Shown here piece after piece: positions 1 through 14,829 of a DNA stretch of 64,000 nucleotides. The stretch is taken from contig MCFE01000169.1 of the NCBI GenBank assembly GCA_002104905.1, forward strand, positions 62,001-126,000, written 5' to 3'. A program made the position numbers and the translations under genes. This DNA is from Basidiobolus meristosporus CBS 931.73. Lineage: Eukaryota > Fungi > Basidiobolomycota. Each line of letters starts with the position of its first letter. The stretch's first letter is position 1. The notes under the pieces were generated by a model. That model worked only from the letters and a program-made list of their open reading frames with translations, was not told where the DNA came from and did not search any database.

Positions 1-3000
1 AACACATACAATTTTTGATCCAGCCAATCAAATTAGATCTCATTTTCACAGGTGCTGCAACTATATCCACTCAGACTAAACACAAATATCAGCTTTGCAG
101 CAGATGTATGTCACATGCAATCACTTGCAGAGCTTGATCCTGCCGGGATTTCATATACATAATCCATCCAGCTATTTTTTCAGTAGAGAAACTCTCCTTC
201 TAAGATTTTAAGTACAAGATTCACAAAGTAAAGGTAGCTTTATTCATTGTATAAGTATACACCTCTGCAACAATGTAGAAGTTATTGTACGTTGGACTTT
301 AAGACTGCCTCAAGTGTTATGTTACCCTGATTTCACAAGCACAACTTTCACTGTTGAGTGTCTTAGCCTTGGTCAGCACTACTACTATTTAGTGACTGCT
401 TAGTACACAAGCGTGTCTCTAAGTTCTACAGACCAAACTACAGCTCTTCTACAGATTTTGGCCTTGTTTGGTTTGATAGAAAAGTCCCCTTTGGGTGACC
501 TAATTATGTTAAAGAAACTCCTTTAGACACCTCTTTGGGTGTAAAGTCCTCATTAGAAGCCTTCTACAGCAGGCCTATGTGAGATCTCTTTAAGAAATCC
601 TCAAGGTTAATGCAGAGTTGGGAATTTTCAAATAAGGAAGCTTGTTTCCAGTAAAGATATTTATTTGCAAATAAGGAATTTGTAGATTGTAGGAAATAAG
701 CCAATTTGTCAAGAAACATCTAATAATAGCTAGCAGAGCAATTTACAGCACTTCTCAGCTGAAATTCATAAAGTACACTGAAAGTGAAAGTATTATCTTC
801 CATCAAAGTATTAAAACTCCTTAATTACATGAAATCCAGTATACAGATATAGGAAGTTGTAAATTTTCAGATTAGTGTCAAAGGACTTATTTACATTCTA
901 GCATTTTACTAGCTACTTGCTACTGCTATGCCACTTGTTGGGAACTGTCTGCCACACCAGAGTCAGGCTCTTTATAACTTAACATTTCCTTATATAATGT
1001 TCCTGGTTTACTGTCTTGGATAGTGTCTATACTTCATAAGATATTTTCAAAGTAATTAATGCCAGCCCAGGACCAGTTTGCATGCCTGAATCCAGGATAG
1101 TATGAATGAAGCTGCTCTAGTACCAGATGTTTTTCTTTGGGGGGCTCATTGTCCAAACCCTTTTCCAATCCTTACACAATATCATATCTAATATCAGGAG
1201 TCTTCTCAATACTAGTCTTCTCTTTATCATTGCATTTAAAGGCATCTTGTGTATTCAATATCTTGTGATATCTGGGCTTGGGTATGTATACTATTCTCTC
1301 TACTGCCAAAGCAAGCTTCTGAATTACTGAACTTTGATTTATGCAGGTTATGGTGCTTGGCTCTGATGAATCTGGCTTTCAAATTCTTTTTAGTAGAATA
1401 TATAGGCTAATGAGGCAAAATAATAGAGTATAGTGGGATTAGTAATTTGATGGGAGGTGCAACAAGCCTATATAAATTGTTTACTATGGGTTAAAGTCAA
1501 CCCATCTAGGCTTTATAAGAAACCAATGACTTGTACATGAGAATATCCAAGCCTGCAACAACTCAGCTAAAAACAATATATCAGCACCATTGTGCTGATC
1601 ATGAAATAAATTACCCTCATGAACACAGCTGCTTTAACAAAATAGCAAAGACAAATAGAGAAAAGACTTATCAAAAGTTCCTGCCCCTGGAATAGTGATC
1701 CAATACAAAAATAGAGATTTAGGATGGGCCTAGAGTGAAGTGGCTGACTTCAAGGACCTGGGCATAGTGATGCCAGCTCAGATCTACCTTGGTCCTGGTG
1801 ATAAATTTTGGGATCTAAAACCTTTATCAAGGTGCCAAGAATTTTGATCATGCATATTGCTCCATGTAACAACAGTGGAAGTCCAGGGCCTAGGCAAGGT
1901 AATGTAAATGAGATATAGAGCCTTGGTCTAGATGCTGAAGGTTGTAATATTGAATATTGCTCAATCTCATGAGAATTGAGATCTAAAACTTGGGTCCAGG
2001 TGCTGAAAGTTGTAACTATGCATATTGCTCAATGTAACAAAACTGGGAGTCCAGTGCCATGGCATTATGATGCAAGTTGAGACCTCAGACCTGAGTCCAT
2101 GTGCTGAAAGTTGTGATCATTGACATTGCTCAATATTATGAAAGTTAGTATTTAGGACTTGCACCAGGTAATATAAAATGATATCAAGGACCTTAACTAA
2201 GGTGCTCAAAGTTGTAATCTTGGATATTACTCAATGCAAGGTTAGTTGATCTCCAGGACCTTTGCATAGTGATGAAGGGTGGCATCTAACAACTTGGTCC
2301 AGCTGCAGAATGTTAAAATACTGGATATTGCTCAATTTCTTGAGCATACATATTCAGGACCAGGGCATGTAATGTAGGTTTAAATCTAAGAAATAGTCCA
2401 GTTGCTGAAAGTTACAATCTTACATACTGCTCAATGTAATGAGGATTGATAGCCAGGACCTTAGCTGAGGCAATAAGAGCCAAGATCTAAGACTTAAATA
2501 CAGGTGATAAAAGTTGTGATGTTGTACCTGGGCTCAAGGTGTTGAAAGTTGTGTTGTTGGATGTTACTTTTCTTAATGAGACTTGATATCCAGGACTTGT
2601 GAATAGCAATACAAGCTAAGATTTAGCACTTGGGTCCAAGTGTTAAAAGTTGAGGTCTAGGACCTGGGTGCTGCAAGCTGTAGTTGATGATACTGCCCAA
2701 TGTTTTGAGGGCTAGTATCCAGAACCTTGGTCAAGGTGCCAAAAGTTGACATCTAGGGCCTGGACTCAGGTGATGAAAGTAAAGATGTAGGACCTGGGCT
2801 CAAGGTGCTGAAAGTTTAACTGACTTTTGCTTAATTTAATGAGAGTAAATATTGAGGAACTGGGCATAATAATGCCAGCTAAGATCTAGGACCTGAATCC
2901 AAGTGATGAAAGCTGGGATCAACAACCTTGGTAAGGGTACAAAAAAGATTATCTTGTATATTGCTCCATCCCATGATAGTTGATATCAAGGACCTGCACA

Positions 3001-6000
3001 TAGTTATCAATGACAATTAGCCTGGGTCCAGGTGATAAGTGTCAAGATATACAACCTTTGTCAAGGTGGGGAAATTTTTAATTTTGGATACTGCTCATTG
3101 TAGCTAATAGAGAATTCTATAACCTAGTCAAAGTGATGCAATTTAAGATGTAGAACCCTAGTTAAGAGCCTGACAATTGTAATTTTGAAAATTCCTCAGT
3201 ATCATTAAATTTAAGATCCTAGACCTGCAAAAGGTGATATATGATGAGATCCAGGACTAGGTTCCAGTTGTTTCAAGGTGTTGAAAGTTGTGTTGTTGGA
3301 TGTTACTTATTATAGTGAGATTTGATATGCAGGACCTGTGAATAGCAATACAAGCTAAGATTTAGAACTTGGGTCCAAGTGTTAAAAGTTGAGGTCTAGG
3401 ACCTGGGTGCTGTAAGCTGTAATTGATGACACTGCTCAATGTTTTGAGGGCTAGTATGCAGAACCTGGGTCAAGGTGCCAAAAGTTGACATATAGGGCCT
3501 GGATTCAGGTGATGAAAGTTGAGATGTAGGACCAGGGCTCAAGGTGCTAAAACCCAAATTGTTGGATATTGCTCAATTTAATGAGATTTGGTATCCAGGA
3601 AATGGACATAGTAATGCAAGCTAAAATCTAGGACCTGGGTCCAAGTGAGGAAGGTTGAGACTTACAACTATGGCCAAGGCACTAGAAAAAGTTATCTTAT
3701 ATACTGCACCACTCAATGATAGTTAATATCACAGCTGAGGACATAATAATAATGCAACAGATCTACCTGGGTACCAATGATTAATGTTAGATCTATAACT
3801 CTGTCAAGATGGTGAAAGTTTTAATCTTTGATACTGCTCATTATAACAAGTATATACCAGACATAGCCAATTTGTTGCAATCTAAGATATAAAATCTTGG
3901 TCAAGATGCTGAAAATTATAATAATGGATATTCATAGACCTAGGCAATGTGATATATTGTTAGATCTACAATTGGAGTCAAAGTGTGTAATGTTAAGATT
4001 ATGCATATTGCTCAATGCAATAGGTGCTAATATCCAAGACCAATGTCAAGGTGGTGAAAGTAGATATCTAGGATCTGAGCAGGCATGATGATAGGTAAGA
4101 TCTTGAGCTGGGGTCCGGGTGACAAAATTTGATATGTACAACCCTTGTTCAAGTAGCTGAAAGTTGAAATTGTGGATATTACTCAATAAAATGAGGGTTG
4201 ATATCAAGGACAGGGTTAAGGTGCTTAAACTTCATATCCAAGACCTGGGCTTAGATGATCACAGCTAGGATCTTGAACCTGTGTATATGTACGCTGAGAT
4301 ACAAGACCAGGTCTGAAGGTGCTAAAAGCTAAGCTGTTGAATATTGCTCAATGTATTGACATTTTGTACCTAGAACCTGAGCTTGGTAATGCATGCTAAG
4401 ATCCCAGACCAGGTTTCAAGGTGATAAAAGCTAAGCTGTTGAATATTGCTCAATGTAATGACATTTTGTACCTAGAACCTGAGCTTGGTAATGCAAGCTA
4501 AGATCCCAGACCTGGGTCCAAGTGATGAAAGCTGAGATGCAGGACCAGGGTCTGGGTGCTGAAAGTTTGGGATATTACTTGATACAATGAGGGTTACTAT
4601 CCAGGACCATGTTAAAGGGTTGAAGGTAGATATCTGGTACCTGGGTATAGATGATGATAGCTAATATCCTAAGCCTGGGCCCAGGTCATGAAACTTGACA
4701 TGTGAGACCTGGGTTCAAGATGTTGAAAGTTGTAATGTTAAGTATTGCCCAAATCAATCAGGGTTGATATCCAGGATTTAGACATGGCAGTGCAGGCTAA
4801 GATTTAGAACCTTGGTCCAAATTATGAAAGTGGAGATATAGGATGTGGGTCCAGGTGCAGAAAGCAAAGCTTTGGATATTTCTCCACAAAATGTGGGTTG
4901 TCTTCCAGGACCTTTGTCCAAGTGATGAGGGCATTGATGTAGAACCTGGTTTAAGGTGATGAAAGTAGGAATGTAGGACCTGGGCTCAAGGTACCTAAAG
5001 TTATAATGTTGGATATAGTGCAATTTAATTATATTTCATTTCTAAAACCTGAGCATGGTAATGCAAGCTAATAACATGGACCTGGGTCTAAGCAATAAAA
5101 GGTCATATATAAAACCTATGTTCAATTTGTGAAATTTGAAATTTTGAATATTGCTTATTAAATAAGGGTTGATATCTGGACCAGGATCAAGGTGCTGAAG
5201 GTGGATATCTAGGACCTGGTTATAGGTGATAATAGCCAAGATTGTGAACCTATGTTGGGGTGATAAATGTAAAGATGTAGGACCTGAGTTCAAGGTGCCA
5301 GAAGGTGAAATATTCAATATTGCTCAGTTTAATCAGAGTTGATATCCAGAACCCAGATATGCTAATGCAACCTAAGATCCAGGACCTGGGTTGAAGTGAT
5401 GAAAGTTTAGATCTAGGACCTGGGTCCAGGTGCTGAAAGTTAAAACCTTAGATATAGTTCCACAAAATGAGGATAGTCATCCAGGACCTTAGTGCAGAAG
5501 ATGAGGGCAAGGGTCTAGGAACCTGACTCATGTGATGAAGGCAAAGATTTGGAACCTGGGCATGATATTGCATGCTAATGCTTATGAGCTGTGTCCAAGT
5601 GCTGAAAGCATTAAATTAGGACTGGGGTCCAGGTGCTGAAAGTTGAAACTTTTAGTATTGCTCAATGAAATAAGGGTTGAAATCTGGGACCAGGGGCTAG
5701 GTGCTATAGGTGGATATCTAGGACCTGGTTATTGGTGATAATAGCAGAGATCTTGAACCTGTGTCCAGATGATGAAATAAACAATGTAGGACCTGGGCTC
5801 AAGGTGCTAAATATTCTAATATCATATATTGCTCAATTTAAGCAGAGTTGGTATCCTGAACCTGGGTCCAAGTGATGAAAGTTGAAGTTTTGGATACTGC
5901 TTGAGGAAATGAGTGGTGTTACACAGGACTTGGGTTCAGGTGATGAGGGCAGATATCTAGAAGCTGGGTCCAGGTATTAAAAGCTGAAACATTTGACATT

Positions 6001-8899
6001 ACTTAATGAATGAGTGTAGCTATCCAGGAGCTTGGCCTAGGTGGTAAGGGCAAGGATCTGAGGCCTAGGCCCAGTTGATGAGGTCAAAGGTATAGGTCTT
6101 GTGTCCAGGTGATGAGGGTGAAGATCTAGAACCTGGTTCAAGGTGATTAAAGCTGGGATGTAAAACCTGGGCTCAAGACAGCAAAAATTGTAATGTTGGA
6201 TGTTGTTTAATTTGATGAAATATGATACCCAGAACCTGGGCATACAAATGCAAGCTAAGATCTAGGCCCTGTGTCCAAATAGTGGATGTTAAGATATAGA
6301 ACCTGGGTCTAGGTGCTCAAAGATGAAATCTTGAATTTTGCTCAATGATACCAGGGATGATATCCAGGACCTGGGTACAAGTGTTTAAACATAGAATATA
6401 GAACCTGGGTCCAGGTAATGAAAGCATTAAATTGGATAGTGCCCAATGAAATAAGAGTTGATATCTGGGACCAGGGTCTAGGTGTTGAAGGTGGATATCT
6501 AGGACCTAGCAATAGGTGATAATAGTTAAAATCATCAACCTGGGTCCAGGTGATCAAAAATAAGATGTAGGATCTGGGTTGAAGGTGTGAAATGTTGTAA
6601 TGCTGGATATTTCTAGATTTAATCAGAGTTAACATTCAGGAACCAGGAATAATAATTCAAGCCAAGATCCAGGATCTGAGTTTAATTGATGGAAGTTTAG
6701 ATCCAGGACCTGGGTCCAGATACTGAAAGTTGAGATCTAGGACCTGGGTACAAGTGCTGAAGTTTGAGGTCTAGGACCTGGGTCCAGGGGCTGAGAGTTG
6801 AACTTTTTGACATTGCTGAATGAAGTGAGGATTGTTATCTAGGACCTTGGACTAGGTGATGAGGACAAAGAGCTAGGGCCTGGTTCAGGGTGATGGTAGT
6901 CAAGATGTAGGACATGGTCTCCAAGTGCCTGAAGTTTTGATATTAGATATTGCTCAATTTACTGAGTCCTGATATCCAGGACCCATGTCCAAGGGCTTAA
7001 ATTTGATATTAGGAGCCTGGGTGCATGTGCTGAAAATTGAACTTTTGGAAATTGCCCAATCAAATGAGGGTTGTTATCCAGGACATTGGACCAGGTGATG
7101 AGGGCAAAGAGCTAAGGCCTAGCTCAAGGGGATAGGGGGTTAAGATGCAAGGCTTGGGCTGTAGGTCCCTGAAGTTTTGATGTTAGATATTGCTCAATTT
7201 AATGAGTCCTTATATCCAAGACCTGTGTCCAAATGCTCAAATGTGAGATCTGGGGCCTAAGTCCAGGTGCTGAATGTTGACAAATTTGACTCTGCTCAAG
7301 AAATTGAGGAGTATCATCCATAACCTAGGTGTAGATGATAAGGAAAGAGATTTCAAACCTGGGCTCAAGATGCTGGATGTTTACATGTCAGATACTGCCC
7401 TATTAAATGAGATTTGTTATCCAGGACCTAGGTACAGGTGCTGAAGGTTGACATCCAGGACCTAGACCAAGGTTCTGAAGGTTGAGATATAGGACCTGGG
7501 TCCAGGTGCTAAAGGTTGAATTTTAGATATAGCTACATAAAACGAGGGTTGTCATCCAGGACCTGAGACCAGGTGATGAGTGCACTAACTAATGCCTGGT
7601 GCAAGGGGTTAATATTAAGCTTCACCGGGGTCCTGGTGCTGAAGGATGGGACCTAAGACCTGGGTGCAGGTGCTGAAAGATGAATTTCAGGACTTGAATT
7701 GGTCTGAAGGATAACATCTAGGACCTGGGTCCAGGTGCTGATGGTTGAAGTCTACAACCTGGGTCTAGGTGCTGAAGGATGAGATCTAAGACCTGGGTCC
7801 AGGTGCTGAAAGTTGAGATCTAGGACCTTTGTCCAAGTGCTTAAATTTGAGATTTAGGGCCTGGGTCCAGGTGCTGATGGTGGACATTTTGAACATTACT
7901 CAAGAAAATGAGGAGTTTCATCCACAACCTAGGTCTGGGATATAAGGGAAGAGGCTTAGAACCTGGGCCCCAGATGCCAGAGGTTGTCATGTCACATATT
8001 GATCTACTAAATGAGTTTTGTCATCTATGATCTAGGTCCCAGTGATCAAAGTTGAGTTCCAAGACCTGAGTCCAGGTGCTGAAGCTTGAGATCCATGATG
8101 TGGTTCCAGGTGCTGAGGCTTGAGATCTAGGACCTTGGACCAGGTACTGAAAGCTGAGATCTAAGACCTGGGTGTAGGTGCTGAAGAACAAGAGCCATGA
8201 CCTGGATCCAGGTGCTGAAGGATGAGATCTAGGTCCCAGGTGCTGGTGCTGAAAAGTTAATCTACAACCTGGGACCAGGTATTGAAGGATGAGACCTAAG
8301 ACCTGGGTCAAGGTGCTGAAGGATAAGATCCATGATGTGAGTTCAGGTGCTGAAGCATTAGATCTTAGACCTAGGTTCAGGTGCTGAAGGACAAGAGCCA
8401 TGACCTGAGACCATGTGCTGAAGGATGAAACCTAGGAGCTTGGTACCGGTGCTGAAAGTTGAGAACTAGGACCCAGGTCCAGGTGCCAAAGGTTAAGATC
8501 TAGGTCCTGGGTCCTGGTGTTGAAGGAAGTAATTTGAGACCTGGGTCCAGCTGCTGAAGGATAAAATCCATGATTTGGGTCCAGGTACTGAAGGTTGAGA
8601 TCTAGAACCTGGATCCTGGTGCTGAAGGTTGAGATCTACAACCTGCATCTTGGTAACCCAGACCTTTGTCCAAGTTCTTAAATTTGAGATTTAGGGCCTG
8701 GGTCCAGATACTGATGGTGGACATTTTGGACATTGCTCAAAAAAATGAGGAGTTTCATCCACAACCTAGGTCTGGGAGATAAGGGAAGAGACATGGGCTC
8801 CAGATGCCAGAGGTTGTCATGTCACATATTGCTCTACTAAATGAGACTTGTCATCCATGATCTAGGTCCAAGTGAACAAAGTTGAGATCCAAGACCTGA

Positions 8900-11800
8900 G
8901 TCCAGGTGCTGGAAGTTGAGATCTAGAACCTAGGTCCAGGTGCTGAAAGTTGAGATCTAGGACCTTGGTCCAGGTGCTGAAAGCTGAGATCTAGGACCTG
9001 GGTCCAGGTGCTGACGGATGAGATATAGGACTTGTGTCCAGGTGCTGAAGGTTGAGATCAACAACCTGTGTCCAGGTGCTGAAGGTTTAGATCAACAACC
9101 TGTGTCCAGATGCTCAAGGTTGAGATCAACAACCTGGGTCCAGGTGCTGAAAGTTGAGATCTAGGACCTGGTCCCAGGTGCTGAAAGTTGAGATCTAGGA
9201 CCTGGTCCCAGGTGCTACAAGTTGAGATCTAGGACATGGGCCCAGGTGCTAAAAGTTGAGATCTAGGACCTGGGCCAAGGTGCTGAAAGTTAAGATCTAG
9301 GACCTGGGTCCAGGTGCAGCAGGATGAGATCTAGGACCTGTGTTGAGGTGCTGAAAGCTGAGATCTAGGACCTGGGTACAGGTGTTGCAGGATGAGATAT
9401 AGGACTTGTGTCCAGGTGCTGAAGGTTGAGATCAACAATCTGTGTCCAGGTGCTGAAGGTTGAGATCAATAACCTGTGTCCAGATGCTGAAGGTTGAGAT
9501 CAACAACCTGGGTCCAGGTGCTGCAGGATGAGATCTAGGACCTGTGTCCAGGTGCTGAAAGCTGAGATCTAGGACCTGGGTCCAGGTGTTGCAGGATGAG
9601 ATACAGGACTTGTGTCCAGGTGCTGAAGGTTGAGATCAACAACCTGTGTCCAGGTGCTGAATGTTGAGATCAACAACCTGTGTCCAGATGCTGAAGGTTG
9701 AGATCAACAAGCTGGGTCCAGGTGCTGAAAGTTGAGTTCAACAACCTGGGTCCAGGTGCTGAGAGTTGAGATCTAGGACCTGGTCCCAGGTGCTAAAAGT
9801 TGAGATCTAGGACCTGGTCCCAGGTGCTAAAAGTTGAGATCTAGGACCTGGTCCCAGGTGCTAAAAGTTAAGATCTAGGACCTGGTCCCAGGTGCTAAAA
9901 GTTGAGATCTAGGACCTGGGCCCAGGTGCTAAAAGTTGAGATCTAGGACCTGGGCCCAGGTGCTGCAGGATGAGATCTAGGACCTGTGTCCAGGTGCTGA
10001 AAGCTGAGATCTAGGACCTGTGTCCAGGTGCTGAAAGCTGAGATCTAGGACCTGTGTCCAGGTGCTGAAAGCTGAGATCTAGGACCTGGGTCCAGGTGCT
10101 GACGGATGAGATCTAGGACCTGGGTCCAGGTGCTGACGGATGAGATATAGGACTTGTGTACAGGTGCTGAAGGCTGAGATCAACAACCTGCATCCAGGTG
10201 CTGAAAGTTGAGATCTAAGACCTGGTCCCAGGTGCTGAAAGTTGAGATCTAGGACCTGGGTCCAGGCACTGCAGGATGAGATCTAGGACCTGTGCTCAGG
10301 TGCTGAAAGCTGAGATCTAGGACCTGGGTACAGGTGTTGCAGGATGAGATCCATCAGGTGGGTCCAGGTTGTGAAGCTTAAGATCTAGGACCTAGGTTCA
10401 GGTGCTGAAAATTGAGGTCTAGGACCTGGATCCAGGTGTTGCCGGATGGGATACATCAGGTGGGTCCAGGTGCTGAAAGCTGAGATCTAGGACCTGGGTC
10501 CAGGTGCTGAAGGATGAGATCAACAACCTGTGTCCAGATGCTGAAGGTTGAGATCAACAACCTGGGTTCAGGTGCTGAAGGATGAGATAAAGGACTTGGG
10601 TCCAGGTGCTGAAGGATGATATCTAGGATCTGTGTCCAGGTACTGAAGGTTGAGATCAACAACCTGGGTCCAGGTGCTGAAGCTTGAGATCTAGGACATG
10701 GGTCCAGGTGCTGAAAGTTAAGATCTACAACCTGGGTCCAGGTGCTGCAGGATGAGATCTAGGACCTGTGTCCAGGTGCTGAAAGCTGAGATCTAGGACC
10801 TGGGTCCAGGTGTTGCAGGATGAGATCCATCAGGTGGGTCCAGGTGCTGAGAGTTGAGATCTAGGACATGGGTCCAGGTGCTGAAAGTTAAGATCTACAA
10901 CCTGGGTCCAGGTGCTGCAGGATGAGATCTAGGACCTGTGTCCAGGTGCTGAAAGCTGAGATCTAGGACCTGGGCCCAGGTGTTGCAGGATGAGATCCAT
11001 CAGGTGGGTCCAGGTGCTGAAGCTTGAGATCTAGGACCTAGGTTCAGGTGCTGAAAATTGAGGTCTAGGACCTGGGTCCAGGTGCTGACGGATGAGATAT
11101 AGGACTTGTGTACAGGTGCTGACAGATGAGATATAGAACATGTTTACAGGTGCTGAAGGTTGAGATCAACAACCTGTGTCCAGGTGCTGAAGGTTGAGAT
11201 CAACAACCTGTGTCCAGATGCTGAAGGTTGAGATCAACAACCTGTGTCCAGATGCTGAAGGTTGAGATCAACAACCTGTGTCCAGAAGCTGAAAGTTGAG
11301 TTCAACAACCTGGGTCCAGGTGCTGAGAGTTGAGATCTAGGACCTGGTCCCAGGTGCTAAAAGTTGAGATCTAGGACCTGGGCCCAGGTGCTAAAGGTTG
11401 AGATCTAGGACCTGGGCCCAGGTGCTGAAAGTTAAGATCTAGGACCTGGGTCCAGGTGCTGCAGGATGAGATCTAGGACCTGTGTCCAGGTGCTGAAAGC
11501 TGAGATCTAGGACCTGTGTCCGGGTGCTGAAAGTTAAGATCTAGGACCTGGGTCCAGGTGCTGCTGGATGAGATCTAGGACCTGTGTCCAGGTGCTGAAA
11601 GCTGAGATCTAGGACCTGGGTCCAGGTGCTGATGGATGAGATATAGGACTTGTGTACAGGTGCTGAAGGCTGAGATCAACAACCTGTGTCCAGGTGCTGA
11701 AAGTTGAAATCTAAGACCTGGTCCCAGGTGCTGAAAGTTGAGATCTAGGACCTGGGTCCAGGTGCTGAAAGCTGAGATCTAGGACCTGGGTCCAGGTGCT

Positions 11801-13050
11801 GACGGATGAGATATAGGACTTATGTACAGGTGCTGAAGGCTGAGATCAACAACCTATGTCTAGGTGCTGAAAGTTGAGATCTAAGACCTGGTCCCAGGTG
11901 CTGAAAGCTGAGATCTAGGACCTGGGTACAGGTGTTGCGGGATGAGATCCATCAGGTGGGTCCAGGTGGTGAAGCTTGAGATCTAGGACCTAGGTTCAGG
12001 TGCTGAAAATTGAGGTTTAGGACCTGGGTCCAGGTGTTGCAGGATGAGATCCATCAGGTGGGTCCAGGTACTGCAGGATGAGATCCAGGACCTGTGTTCA
12101 GGTGCTGAAAGCTGAGATCTAGGACCTGGGTCCAGGTGTTGCGGGATGAGATCCATCAGGTGGGTCCAGGTACTGCAGGATGAGATCCAGGACCTGTGTT
12201 CAGGTGCTGAAAGCTGAGATCTAGGACCTGGGTCCAGGTCGTTGCGGGATGAGATCCATCAGGTGGGTCCAGGTGCTGAAGGATGAGATATAGGACTTGT
12301 GTTCAGGTGCTGAAGGTTGAGATCAACAACCTGGGTCCAGGTGCTGAAAGTTGAGATCTAGCACATGGGTCCAGGTGCTGAAAGTTAAGATCTACAACCT
12401 GGGTCCAGGTGCTGCAGGATGAGATCTAGGACCTGTGTCCAGGTGCTGAAAGCTGAGATCTAGGACCTGGGTCCAGGTGTTGCAGGATGAGATCCATCAG
12501 GTGGGTCCAGGTGCTGAAGCTTGAGATCTAGGACCTAGGTTCAGGTGCTGAAAATTGAGGTCTAGGACCTGGGTCCAGGTGCTGACGGATGAGATATAGG
12601 ACATGTGTACAGGTGCTGAAGGTTGAGATCAACAACCTGGGTCCAGGTGCTGAAAGTTGAGATCTAGGACCTGGTCCCAGGTGCTGAAAGTTGAGATCTA
12701 GGACCTGGGTCCAGGTGCTGCAGGATGAGATCTAGGACCTGTGTTCAGGTGCTGAAAGCTGAGATCTAGGACCTGGGTCCAGGTGTTGCAGGATGAGATC
12801 CATCAGGTGGGTGCAGGTGCTGAAGCTTGAGATCTTGGACCTAGGTTCCGGTGCTGAAAATTGAGGTCTAGGACCTGGGGCCAGGTGCTGAAGGATGAGA
12901 TATAGGACTTGTGTACAGGTGCTGAAGGTTGAGATCAACAACCTGTGTCCAGGTGCTGAAGGATGAGATAAAGGACCTGTGTCCAGGTGCTGAAGGTTGA
13001 GATTAACAACCTGGGTCCAGGTGCTGAAGTTTGAGATCTAGGACCTGGGC
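8900..13050 (+). repeat. Homogeneous core of the forward array, built from a few recurring monomer variants
   Basis: Variants (..GAAGGTTGAGATCAACAACC.., ..GCAGGATGAGATCTAGG.., ..GAGATCCATCAGGTGGG..) recur in ordered blocks, e.g. 10742 vs 10912 (offset 170 = 5x34). Confidence 0.9.
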
Positions 13051-14829
13051 CCAGGTGCTGAAGAACAAAAGCCATAATCTGGATCTAGGTGCCAAAGGAT
13101 GTGATTTAGGTCCTGGGTGCAGGTGCTGAAAGATGAAATAGAGGACCTGGGACCAGGTGTTGAAAGATGAGACCTGGAACCTAGGTCCAGCATCTGGGTC
13201 CAGGTGCTGAAATTTGAGTTATAGGACCTGGGTGTAAGTGCTGAAGGACAAGGTCCATGACCTGGATCCAGGTGCTGAAGGATGAGATCTAGGTCCTGGG
13301 CACAGGTGCTGAACAATAAGAATAATGACCTGGGACCAGGTGCTGAAGAATGAGATCCATGACATAGGTCCAGGTGCTGCAGCTTGAGATCTTGGACCTA
13401 GGTCCAGGTGTTGAAGGATAAGGGCAATGACCTGGAACCAGGTGCTAAAGGATAAGACATAGGACCTGGGTCCAGGTGCTGAAAGTGATGATCCATGGCC
13501 TGGTTCCAGGTGCTCAAAGTGGAGATCCATGACCTGGATCCAGGTGCTGAAGGATGAGATCTAGGTCCTGGGCACAGGTGCTGAACAATAAGAATAATGA
13601 CCGGTGACCAAGTGCTGCCGCTTGAGATCTTGGACCTAGGTCCAGGTGTTGAAGGATAAGAGCAATGACCTGGAACAGGTGCTGAAGGATAAGACCTGGG
13701 ACCTGGGTCCAGGTGCTGAAGGTTGAGATCTACAACCTAGGTCCAGGTGCTGAAGGATGAGACCTAGGACCTAGGTCCAGGTGCTGAAGGTTGAGATCTA
13801 CAACCTGGGTCTTGGTAACCAGGACCTTTGTTCAAGTGCTTATATATGAGATCTAGGGCTTGGGTCCAGGTGCTGAAGGATGAGAGCCATGGCTTGGGAC
13901 CAGGTGCTGAAGGATGAGACCTAGGATCTGGGTCCAAGTGCTGAAAGTTGAGATCAAGGACCTAGGTCCAGGTGCTGAAGGATAACAGATTTGACCTGGG
14001 TCCGGGTGCTGAAGGTTGAGATCTACAACCTAGGTCAAGGTGCTGAAAGAAAAGATCCATGATGTTAGCCCAGGTGCTGAAGCTTCAGATCTTAGACCTA
14101 GGTCCAGGTGCTGAAGGATAAGAGCCATGGCTTGGGACCTGGTGCTGAATGATAAGACCTAGCACCTTAGTCCAGGTGCTAAAAGTTGGGATCTAGGTCA
14201 TGGGTCCAGGTGTTGAAGGAAGTGATCTAAGACCTGGGTCAAGGTGCTCAAGGATAAGATCCATGATGTGGGTCCAGGTACTAAAAGCTGAGATATAGGA
14301 CCTGGATTCAGGTGCTGAAGGTTGAAATCTACAACGTGGGTCTTGGTAGCCCAGACCTTTGTCCAAGTACTTAAATACGAGATAGAGGACCTGTGTCCAG
14401 GTGCTGATGATGGATTTTTTGAACATTGCTTAAAAAATCAGGAGTTTCATACACAACCTAGGTGTAGGAGATAAGTGAAGATATTTAGAATCTGGGCACC
14501 AGATGCCAGAGGTTGTCTCCAGATGCCAGAGGTTGTCATGTCACATATTGCTCTACAAAATTAGTTTGTCATTCATGATCAAGATCACGGTGATCAAAGT
14601 TGAGATTCAAGACCTGAGTTCAGGTGCTGTTGCTTAAGATCCAGGATGTGGGTATAGGAGCTGAAGGATGAGATCCAGGTCCTGTGTCCAGGTGCTGAAA
14701 GGTGAGATCTAGGACTTGGGTCCTGGTGTTGAAGGAAGAGATCTAGGACCTGGGTCCTGGTGCTGAAGGATAAGAGCCAATACTTAGGACCTGGGTATAG
14801 GTGCTGAAGACTGAGACTTAGGAACTAGA

